From assembly GCA_001949185.1 (NCBI GenBank), contig BDGG01000017.1, positions 496,001 through 560,000 of the forward strand: a DNA stretch of 64,000 nucleotides, read 5' to 3'. The first letter of the stretch is position 1. The number at the start of each line of letters is the position of its first letter. The position numbers and the translations under genes were made by a program. Positions 48,818 through 60,119 of the stretch are shown in pieces. The notes under the pieces were generated by a model that did no database searches, was not told where the DNA came from, and saw only the letters and a list, made by a program, of their open reading frames with translations. The stretch is from Ramazzottius varieornatus (lineage: Eukaryota; Animalia; Tardigrada).

Positions 48818-51666
48818 ATGGATACTATCAAGCAAGCCTCCAGTGCTTTGTTGGAGCAACCGACCACAGCTGAGCAAACTAGCCGGAGGAATGGACGGCG
48901 ACCTAAGGAGCAAGCGGTAGACACGGGCTGGGCCTGGGTGGCGTTGGCTGCCTCTTTTGTTATTCAGATCCTCTTGGCCGGATCGGGCATCGGCACTAGC
49001 ATCTACTTTGCCGAGTTCTTGCTGGACTTTCAACAGGGACCCATACTGACCTCCTGGCTGGTGGCATCCAGCTATGCCTTCATCTCACTGGCAGGTAATA
49101 TCAATTCTTTCCAAGGTGGAAAACCGGCAAAAATGTGAAAATTCCGCAAGCTGCTTGACCGGTTATTTCTCGTTGTAAAACGTGTGGTGCCTGCCAGCTA
49201 TGCCTGCCTCCGTTTTTCTCGCACATTCACGTGCAGATAGACTTCTTCTCGAAACGAGCTTTTTTTGAAATATCGAAAAACCGCAAAGCTCCACTGCATA
49301 GAGAAGCTCTGGGTTGTCCCGCAGTTAGGGATGGTGTTGACAAATACAGTACATTGCTGGTCTGTGCAGTGAGTATAGAGGCCAGAGGTGGGTCTACCGC
49401 GCAAACAGGGAAACTGATCAAGAATTGATTTAGGTTAGGCTTACACGTGCAAGGCCGCTTATAATTGTTGACTGACTGTTGACTTCCAGGGGCTTGAGCA
49501 TCTTCTGCCTTAGTCATGCATTGCAATGCGGTGTTGTAAGTAAGACAACGCAGCGGAACGATCATCGAGCACTGTTCGACGTAATTGACGATCTTATCCT
49601 TAACCTTATCTGTTGCGATTCTTCTTTGCAGATCCCATCGGCAGTATCTGCGCCAACAAGTTTGGATTCCGACTGGTAATTGTTATAGGCTCCTTGATCG
49701 CCTCCGCCGGCTTCATCCTCAGCTGCTTCGCCAAAAACTTTTGGCTCCTCTTCGTTTCCTTTGGATTTATTACACGTAAGAAACAGTTATTTCCCAGTGG
49801 AACTTCCAGAATTGGAACAAATCGCCATTTTTCTATGACTGCATCTTCCGTGAAAGGCGACAACTAACCGTAGAAAAATGCCTTAGCTAAACAAAAATTA
49901 TTTTTCTTAACTATACGGCAGTTTAAGTTTTCTTGCGTAAGTACAGTAAATGAAATTTTAGTCCGGCAGGCAGAAGTAAAATAATATTTCTTGTGATTTA
50001 GCGGTTGGTTTTGCGTTGGTCTACGCACCGGCATTCGGCATCCTGGCGCTGTATTTCGACAAGCGGAAGAACGTTGCCACGGCCTTTGTGACGGTGGGTG
50101 GCGGAGTGGGCGCCTTCATCTTCCCACCTCTGCACCGCTACATGGTCAGCACCTACACATGGCGAGGTTCTCTGCTGTTGATGGCAGCCATCACGGCCCA
50201 TATCATTCCTTGTGCCCTTCTATTCTCGCGCCACATCAAGCCCCCAGAGAAAAAAGCCTCGATAGCCGCCAGCGCCGACGTCTCCCTCTTCCACAAGGCC
50301 TCTTTTTATTTGCTACTGCTGCAGTTCTTCCTCATGGCTGGCGACGACATCTTCGTCATCCAGTCGGTCAGGTTCGCCACTTCGGTCAGGGGCATTTCGG
50401 CCGACCTGGCTCCTGCCATCCTCAGTTCCCTCGGGTAAGTCCCTCGGTTCCTCCTACCACTGTCCTACCAAGAGACTCCTGGCCACATCCACAAGTTTTT
50501 CCGTTTCTGCTACATCAGCATTTTCTTACTGAACCAACAGGGTTGAACTTAGCCTACTAAGGGAGCGAAAGAGTAGAAGGATTAATTGACGACTAAAGGG
50601 GATATCCTTCCTCAACTCACCGCAGCTTTAGAGATGCGCAGATTGAGAAATATAAAGGGCTAATCCATCCTTTGATGTCTGTGGCGTTTCGCGTCCCCTT
50701 GATGGTCAGTCAGTGGCCGACTTTGCCTTTTACCTGAAGCACCGCCACAGCAATTGTCATACCTGCAGGTGCAACCACAAAATTGTCATTATTGACAATG
50801 GTGTGATTGCCCGGCGCCGCGGCGGACAAGCGAATCAAATGACAAAGTATACCTTCAAATCTGACTTTTGTCTGTTTGCAGCTTGGTGGACAGTGTGGGA
50901 CGTCTGCTAGCTGTGGCCATCTCGGCCAATCCATGGAGCGAGCGGAGGACAGTCCGCTTCTGGATCGTCCATCTGACGACGGCAGCTACCGGCCTTTCCA
51001 TCCTCTTCTTCGCCTGGTCCCACACCCTCCTCCTTCTCTGTGTTTGGGGTGGCTTCAATGGACTTTTCCTGGGTTTGCGCTGGTCCCTCTTCCCGGGACT
51101 ACAGATCGACCTCTTTGGTGCCAAACGCTTCAGCACTTCCTGGTCCTATGGCTCCACAATGATGGGCATCGGCTCGCTCCTCTTGCCTCCCTTTGGCGGT
51201 AAATCCCTCACATTCCCTTCATCTCTGTGGCTTAGAACCATAGTATATGATTTTCAAAATACGCACACTCAGAAGACAAAAGTCAAAGCAGATTTTCCAG
51301 CTCGTGGCGTGCGCTTCGGTTCATTGACAGTAGAAACGTGTTTCAATCGGGAAGAACAACCGTGATGAGGTTTTCCTCAAGTGGCGCACGCTTCGAGCCG
51401 GTAACACTGAGAGTTTGCGTCACTTGAGAAACAAGGCACCCAGATGCAATTCAATCCGTTCGATTTAATAATTGAGTAATGCCTATTTTGCAGAGGTGCT
51501 GGCTCAGTTCTGCGGCAATCAACTGATGCCATTCTATGCAGCTAGTACCTTTGTTATCGGCGCGGCAGCTTGCACCATTGTCCTTCATTTGTTCCCTCCC
51601 AGCTTCAACAGTCGGAAGGAGCTGCCGCTGGAAGAGAAACCCGAAGCCGTCACTATCATCGCTTGA
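48818..51666 (+). CDS. Monocarboxylate transporter family (SLC16, MFS), paralog 2, multi-exon
   Basis: AVDTGWAWVALAASF, ANKFGFR, YFDKRKNVAT, YTWRGS, DLFG motifs. Same intron layout as paralog 1. Confidence 0.9.
51285..51440. repeat. Intronic palindromic element family A
   Basis: Arms at 51379/51416 (N27), degenerate unit near 51302. Confidence 0.7.
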
Positions 51667-52030
51667 CCAAAACTCGCGGTGCAAAGGTTAACTTTTTGTT
51701 TTTGCCTTCACCTTGTTCCTTCCTTCCATGGCTTGTTTCCTGCCTTCAATGTTGAGTCTTTCAGTTTTACGGGTTTTAGGGCCTCGCTCTATGTTAATTT
51801 CAGGATTTAAGTTACGTGCCTTTCCTCTTTGATGTTTTCCTTTTTACTGACATTGTGTCAGTTTATCTGTTGATGGTTAGAAAAGAACCGATTTCTGGGA
51901 AAATTTATGAACCGAAAACTAAAGAAAGCATAGATATACTTTTTTTGTTCAGCTCGTTACCAGAACCATCAAAGCAACAACTCAATGAAAAAAACGTTTA
52001 TTCAATCAGTCAAAAAAAAGAGTACAGTAT

Positions 52031-55000
52031 TCAGGCCATTTCGGTGTCGGTTGACCGTTTTCTCAGCACGACGAATCCTTCCAAAACGGACGTCAAAGGT
52101 ACATCTGCAATCGAAAACGAACAGTTCACAATTATGACCGCAGATAAATCATAGAACGGAGACTGAATGAAGAACTTACAATCATCGGTGGCCAGCTCTG
52201 CGCGTTCACCGTAGTTGAGAAGGACCGGTGTGGTATGCGTCTGGAAGCCGGTGATGGCCTTTGGTCGCCCAGCTTGTCCGACAATATCCACAGCCTATGA
52301 ACGACATGACAAAGTGTCAATCAGTCGCGAACTACGAATCAGAACAAGATGATCAACGAGCATTCTTACTGTTCCGACACGAACAGAAGCGGTAATGGGC
52401 TTAAGATCTTCGTCAAAGCAGACCAGCATGCGCGACTGGATGGCCGGCACCAGGTAGTACAACAGGTAGTGGTGCTTGCCCAATATGGCTGTCAAGGCAA
52501 GAAAACGTCAGACGATCACAAAAGAAAGGATGACACTCGGCAAGAACGTTTTCACAGCTGGCTCACCCTCCTAGCCAACAACCGCGACAACGTGCGCCAC
52601 AGTCGCCACTTGCGACAAACATTTGACAAGATCGTTTCTCTTAGTGGCGCATGCTTTCAGCCATTAACAGTGGAAAAGTGCGCCACTTGGGAAGAACAAT
52701 CTTACCGAGTTGGTAACTGATAGAAGCATAAAAGGGGCGAAAGTCACGTACTGGATTTGATGTCCAGGCAGGAGGTAAGGACAATCAGCAGACCAGCCAA
52801 CGAAGCACGGCTGACCAAGAAGCGGTCGCTGTACTGCGGGGACAGCGAGTGCGTTCCCTTGCCCATGTGCAGCAGACCTTGGGCGATGCGGACCATAAAG
52901 AGGCTGTTGGCATCCTTCGTGTGGTATACAGCCAGGTTGCGCAGCATCGTGGCCAGACGAGCATTGTTGGTGCCTACAGACAGGAAAACGCATTCAAGGG
53001 GAACTCTGTTAGAGAGAAGGCAGAATAAAGGAACTTACCAGCACCGATCAAGCCCATGGAGAAGACCGAGTTGGAGGCCACTTCACTGTCGTTGTCGTGG
53101 GAGAACTTGCTCAACGTGTCCATCACGTTCAGCTTGGGGTTTGACACTGAGAGAAGACCCAAAGCCAGTGGGACAGCGCGACGTAAAAGTGGATCACCAT
53201 ATCGAAGCTGGGAAAACAAGCTCAGACTAATACCTCGATCGTTTTCAAATCCAGTATCAACTCTGTCCCTCATGTCACCAAAAGGCTCTTCACAAGATCA
53301 GAGAAAAGGTTCTTACGAGATGTCCAAAAGAGCGCAGGGACATTTCATTGCCGATATCTTCACCCATGGCGATCATGGCGATACCCAAGGCTGCCGCTGC
53401 CTGTTGCATGCCCCGATCCTGGGCTTCCTCCTTCTTCTTCTCTTTTTCCTTCTCGGCTGCCTCATCCTTCTTATCACCGCTCTTCTTGTCGTCAGTTTCC
53501 TCCTACAAAACACCAAAACCATAGTGAAACCTCAAGGAAGAACAAGCGGATTCTTCAACTAGAAATGCGGGTACTCTGATACGAGCGTCAACCAGCGTCA
53601 ACCCTGATTTCTACTTAGTTAGCCAAATGATGGGTTCCTTACCTTTTTTATCTGTTCAGAGTGTTCGCTGCAAACGTGCAAAAACTGCTGGATCTTGAGG
53701 ACATTGCCGGTACCGGCATAGGCACAGCCATCGAGGAAGATGACGGCTAGGGACTTGAAGGGATCCTCCAAAGCCTGCAGTGTGGCACGAATGGTCTCGA
53801 CACGCTCTTGCTGGCCGAGGTGAAGCAGACCTAGGGCTAAGGCCATCAACTTGGCCATAGGGTCCTTCAGTTCCAAGGTCGAACGAGCCAGCAGGCAGTG
53901 GAGGATGGCTTCGGCAATTTCAGCGTTGCATGAACCGACGGCGATCAGACCGAGGGAGACAGCGGCCAGGCAGCGAACCTCCAGCGAGCTTTGCTCGTCG
54001 TCCAAGACGGGCAGAAGGACTTCGATTATGTCGGCACGGTTCGTTCCAGCATACGCTAAACTCAACCTGTCAAAACGCGAAAACAATGAGCAAACCATTA
54101 ACCTTTCTGAATCTACTTCTTACGAAATATTCTCGCCGGAAAAACAAAAACAAAATTCAAAGTTCTTGTCGGGAAGCTCGTTCTGATTTTCAGGAAGAAG
54201 TATGCGTGGTAGGTAGTCGAAAACTTTAAGAGGCGAAATTTCTAAAAAATTTCACTTTCTCAAAAGAACTGGAAACAAAAGTTTGAAAATTTTATCCGCC
54301 GAAGAATTTTTGCGAAGTGAAACTGAAAATTTTTTGTGGGTGAATTTACCCCACAACGGCGCCAGTGCGGATGATGTTGGACTTGTTGATGAGATGTTCA
54401 GAGAGGAGAGCGCGGGCAGGGTCGCACTCGTTGCGAATGCGGGCGTTGACGATACCGCAAGCCAGCAACGAGCCCGACTTGATGTACTCGTCTTGTGAAT
54501 ACAAAAACTTGTCGATCTGTGTCAACCCCCCTTCTACGTCCCACAGAAGAATCAGACCCAGTGACGCCGTGGCACTCAGCATTCCTGGAAGCCCACCAAA
54601 CATTTAAAAATGTCTCTAAGATGCCATTATTGTGCAAACTGGACAGGATTGTCTTTCAAAGCGGCGCACGCTTTCAGCCAGTAACACAGACAATGTGCGC
54701 CAGCTGAAGAAAATGTACATGTCGAAGTTATCAAGTGGCGCACGGTCTCAGCTAATAGAACTTTACAAGTGCGCCACTCGGGAGAAACTATCCCGTCCAG
54801 TTCGTCGGCCGAACTCCGGTATATTACCGTGTTCCTTGTTCTTGTAAATCCACTTATTGGCATCCTCGGCGAACATTTTATCAGTGCCGAAGCCACAGTT
54901 GAGGAAACCGTTGACGAAGGCGGACGCCAGATTCTGCTTGGCAGTGTCTAAACCCGATCCGCCAGTGTATATGCTTCCTGCCAAACAACCAAGATGAATC

Positions 55001-56787
55001 AGCAATCTTCCAGAAAGCAGAATATCCAGACTACCAAGATCGGCTTACGGTGTTGCTCTAGGTGTGTCTTGTACACGTCTTCGGGGTTCTTGGGTTCAGC
55101 AATGTCCAGTTCGCGGGCCAGAGCCAGATGGTTGGTGTTCAAGTGCGAGTTGGACATGATCTCCATCAACTCGTCGTACCCGTCCGAACTTTCGTCCAGA
55201 TCCAGGTACACTTGACTGTGGGCCAGGATGAAAGCGATCTGCTTTTTCACAGACCTGAAACAGAACCAAAGCTCTCAAAACGAAGCCATTTGAACGAATC
55301 TACCTCAAAGCTGAAATAGAAATCAAGATGGTGTTAAGTGTGACGCAACGACAAGATAGCCTGATTCCTACTCCAAAACTACGGTCGACAACCCCAACAG
55401 AACAAAAGTTTCGCAAAAAAGCACAAGTTAGCTATTGTGCTTGCTTACCTATCAGGACACGATGTGAAGAGGTCGTTGATGATCTTCATATCGTTGAGGC
55501 GGATGGCCAAGCGGACTGCTTCGGTATACTGGTTGTTCTTGTGATAGAGAGAGATGGCCGTCTTCAGCAGGTTAGAGTCTTCCGGATCAGCGACGTAAGG
55601 AACACAACTTTAAAGTACAAAATCCAAAATTAAGCGAAGAACACAGTGCAAGGGGTATCGAGTAGCTACCTTATCAAATACAGGCAGACTTTATTATACG
55701 AATGGGCGTCGACGAATTCGGGGAGGAGTGCAAGCTGGTCCATCTCCATCAGCAGATCGCAGCCTTCCGGCTCAGCATTGTGTTCCATGAAGTACTTTAC
55801 AATCTGCCGAGCCAAACTGGCCAGTGTGGCTGCCCTCTTGTTGTCGGTTATGTCGCGCGTCTCGTCGTTCCATTCTTGGGTCACTTCACCGGCTAGATGC
55901 CTACATAGAAGAAACGGGATAGAACTCACTTAAGTCACTTTTGAGTTTTGACTATGGCATACGCATGACATCACAGCGCAAAGAGTAACGTTATGCTATG
56001 TCCATGTACAAACACTGCGACGCATAACGTGACGGATAATGCGATTTATGGACGCTACAGCTGGTCCTACTCCATGTCTATGACGTAGAACACATAAATC
56101 CTACTGCGAAGTTACAATGAGTAGGAGTAAGAAAACTCCTTACCTGACATATTCATGTCCCCACGCACCGATGTCTTCTTCTGTGGCCAGAATTTTGTAC
56201 TTTATCGACTCGCGAGTGCTGCTCATCGTCATGGCCATCACACTCAGAACACTGGCTGCCGTTTTCTACAAAGACCAGCGGATCATACCACCGAACACAC
56301 AGTCGGGGAGCGGTAGCGAATGGAATCATACCTTGGTATCATTGTCTGGCATTTTGTCGAAGACGTCGATGATGGTCTGGTAGTGCGGACGGAGAAACTT
56401 CAGCGGCTTCGGAACAGAAGTCATTGACGTTGTCGAGGATCGAATCATGTTTCTCAAGCTCTCGATGGCTGGCTTTTGCAGCTCTGGCCGACCTTGCTGC
56501 AAAAGGTAAGAGAGACGTCTGTCAGTTGGAGAACGAATATTCCAAGCTCATTCTGGTAGTGTCTTACCGATAAACGTTCGACGAGCATGTTGAGCTCAGT
56601 TTGAAGCTTTAGGTCTTCCTCTGACTGTAAAGGAGGATACAGACGTGAATGAACGAGAAGAGATAATCAGGAGGGATAGTTTTACCAGTTCATTTTCCTT
56701 CTCCAATTTCTTCTTGTCCGCATCGCTGAGAGTAGCAGCTCTAGAATCTCCCTTCTCTTTCTCCTTGGCGGGGTCTTGAGCTACCAT
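52031..56787 (-). CDS. PSMD2: 26S proteasome non-ATPase regulatory subunit 2 (Rpn1), multi-exon
   Basis: [85 protein letters not shown]. Confidence 0.97.
52530..52715. repeat. Intronic palindromic element family A
   Basis: Arms at 52642/52679 (N27), unit near 52557, terminus AACAATCTTACCGAGTT. Confidence 0.8.
54633..54805. repeat. Intronic palindromic element family A
   Basis: Arms at 54659/54696 and 54733/54770, both N27. Confidence 0.85.
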
Positions 56788-57265
56788 CTTGACGAAGAAG
56801 AATCACGACGTGTCAAAATTTCCAGAGTTCAGAAGGGAGCAGGAGTAGAAATTATGGTAGAGCGAGATGATTCCTCGACGTTTCGCAGTTCCACTTTGCT
56901 CCGTGATGCACAATCGTCCACCGCCAGTCTAGCTCCAACCCCCTTCCCCCAGCTGGATGTATCGTATCTTTCTCTTGAGCACCCAACAGTCCCCCAACGG
57001 AGTGATTCCGCTCCTTAGAAGCGGACTGCGGAAGACAGCAAAATTACTCCGGAAGAAATTGCGAAAACAATGGACTGATATTTTTGTAATCTTGTTCAGA
57101 GCGATGGCAGTCTTGTGCTCATTGCGGAGGCAACACGCAATCAATCAAGCTGAAATGATGCAAGTCATCAGCGCCCACAGTGGTTAGGGGCGACTGGGTC
57201 AATTTTGGGGTCTGGGTGATTCGACGAGGATCAAGGGGTGGAGTGACCCAGGTGGGTGGATGGAT

Positions 57266-57280
57266 GGGTGGGTGGGTGGG
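57266..57280 (+). repeat. (GGGT)n tract, potential G-quadruplex upstream of PSMD2
   Basis: GGGTGGGTGGGTGGG within a GGTG/GGAT simple repeat. Confidence 0.6.
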
Positions 57281-57484
57281 TGGACGTGGAACAAGTGGAT
57301 GAGGGCGCCTGGGCGTCTCTAACAGGAGAGTTGAACAAGGTAGCCACTCAAGCGTTCAGTTGAATACGACAGTCGAACGCTGTGGGCTGCGCATGGGCAC
57401 TCACGGAAAATTCATCCTCCGGTAATACGCCGGTGATAATTTTTCATGGTTGTTTTATAAAAATTGTGGTCAAAAGGAACAGTA

Positions 57485-57966
57485 GTCCTCCTCACGACGA
57501 GCTGTTTATGTCGCAAACGGTTGATTTAAAATTTGAGTTTGCTTGATCAATGGAAATTAGTCGTGAGTGAGGCAAAATTGCGCTTTTCGCAAGTCTCGGA
57601 AACGGGAGCGGGAATGCGCGAGTTTTGCGGGGTAGGTTTGTAGGCAAACTTTGCCTCCTGACCAGGTTGAAATTCATGGTTTTCTCTCTGGCTAGTCTCT
57701 GTCTTCCGATATCCCCGACACTAATAGGTATCAAGAAGCCCATACGTGAAACGGTAGCTCGCAACGTGAAGCACTGTGCAGACAGAGATCAGCTGAGAAA
57801 TGAAAATTTGAACTTTTGAGTCAAGTGTGCAGAGAATAATCCGTTTTCGCTTTCAAGATAAGCTACTCGAGGGCAGCGGGACTGCTTATCTTGAAAACGA
57901 AACTTCGTAATCCACTTTCGAGATCAACACAATCAACGGAGTTTTACGGCCTGTCGTGAGGAGGAC
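57485..57966 (-). mobile_element. 482-bp non-autonomous DNA transposon, copy 2 (inverted)
   Basis: Reverse complement of 26528-27009 with perfect TIR GTCCTCCTCACGAC and TA flanks. Confidence 0.85.
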
Positions 57967-58633
57967 TAATATACTGTATGCAGGTCGTTCCTGCTGATAT
58001 CATTGACATGTATCGGCCTACAAGTAATGTGACCCTCGCATCGGAAAGCTTTCCGAAACTCATTGGAAACATTATGACGTTGTTATGACCAAGTTTCAAC
58101 TGTGAAACCAGATTTCAAAAGACATTTCAGCAGTTAGTTTGGCATCTTGAGCTTATCACTGTCTAGCGGCGTACAGGTCCCGTGAGAGCGTCTGGTGGTG
58201 TTTTCAGAATCGCGGAAGTTAATCAGCCATGCAGCGTTGTATCGGTGTAAAGTTGTGCATATGTTAGCTGGAAGGTCCTCGGTGAAGCAGAGCGACCTGG
58301 TTGTTTGTTACAGTAAGATTATACCAAGATGTGCACCGTAGTCGGTGTATGAGCGCTTGTTTGTTTGTCCAGTGATCGACTGTAGCAGAGTAAATTAGCC
58401 GACGACCGGGGTCCGTAATTCACCCAGATACATAGGCACAGCAGCACACATCCGTACGGAAACACTCGTGTCAGCAATGTCATATGCTGAACGCAGCAGT
58501 TTCGGCACTTTGATGGCCCCAGCGGCTGTTCGACATCTCATAACTCATCTCATGTTCTACCAGAACATTCTTTTCCTTTATCAAATTTCGTCAGCCTTAT
58601 TGCACTGTTTCCGTTTTTCTTGTTGTTCCAAAA

Positions 58634-59445
58634 ATGGCTAGTAAAATACGGCATCTGCTGTCGCGGCACCATGACCGAAGCGCCAAGCGGCACAGCTCGT
58701 ATAACGACGGGGAGCTGCCCGTGTCCACCTTCCCCGATGCGGCGCTGGACTCTGGCCATCTGGAGATGGGCAGTTCGTCCTTCAGTCACCATCACGGCGT
58801 CCCCTTCATCGTGGTGACCTCTCCCGCTAGCCTCCAGCCCGAACACTGCCAGCCAGTCGCGCCCTTCCTCGTACCGGCAGCAACTGTCGACAATGATGAC
58901 GCGGACTTTGGTAAGAAAAGCTAGCTTCTTCTCTTGATTAGTTTGCTCAGGGACCATAAAGATTGCTACTGACGGGGGATGTTACATCTTTTCCGTATGT
59001 AGTGGCCTGGCTGCATGTCAACAACGAGCTGGAGCTGAACAAGGAAGTGGCCGACCATATTGACCCACATGTTCGCAAGCGCTACCTGCGCTACTTGAGC
59101 CAGCTGCGCGCTCACGACGGCCTGGTGCGCTCATCCAGCGTTTGCGCATTGTCGTCTATGGGGCATGCGCGAGGCTCGAGCAACAGCCTGACGACGACCA
59201 GCCACTCGTCCGACTCGACCTCGGGTCGTCGCTCAGCCACCCTGATCCATGTGCTGCATCTGGACATCTGGGACCGCAAGAAGCAGCGGCTGCTCAAGAA
59301 GAAGGAAGAACGGCTACGCAACGAACGACTGGACATGGAGAAGTGGGAGGGACGCATCAAGGCCCAACACGACAGGGAAGTGCACGCCGACAACGAGGCC
59401 ATGCGCGATGTCACCCGACCATCGTCTATGCTAATCACCGCCTGA
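58634..59445 (+). CDS. Orphan protein with C-terminal coiled coil (exons 58634-58910, 59003-59445)
   Basis: Phase-1 gtaaga...atgtag intron joins two open frames with coding-like codon usage. No recognisable domain. Confidence 0.7.
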
Positions 59446-60119
59446 AGCTCCTACTTTCCAAAGCTCGACAACATGGAGAAATCAAAGTGAAAGAAATTTC
59501 ATGTACATAGAATATGCTTTGGAATGCCACGAAACCAGCTCGTGTCCTTGCCATGTTGTCACTTGTGGGAAAATATCTATGCCGTGTTGATGTTTTCAGC
59601 TAGCCCTTAATTTATAAACGATGGACATTGCAATGGACAGTTTGGCACATGGACTGATCTTGTGTCACTGTTCCAAGACATAATGATACAACAATTTCAA
59701 AATTATGCTCTGTGCCGCGACAACATAAATGCGTCATGTGGTCATAATCCCAACCTCAGACATCAGATGCATGAAACAATGCTTAATTCGGCGCGATGGG
59801 ATTGAAAATTGGCATGGTAACTTTCGCTCTACCTACTTAGCCCAACCTAGCTTGGTAAAGGCGGTGACGTATATATGTGTAGGTCCACTACAGTGTAGTG
59901 CTTTAATTTGTAAGTAATGTGCAGTATGTTCTAAATTTTGACGTATCGCAGATTTGTAATATCAACGTCTTCAATGCTATAATTAATTCATGCTATTGTA
60001 CTATTTCCAAATCGGCTATTGCGACTTCCGGAAAGAGACGGCGGCGATGGTCTAACGGGACTAATGTAACCGAGGCCGACTGCCGCTAGTTGCGCACTGT
60101 ATTGTGTGCCCATGTGTGA

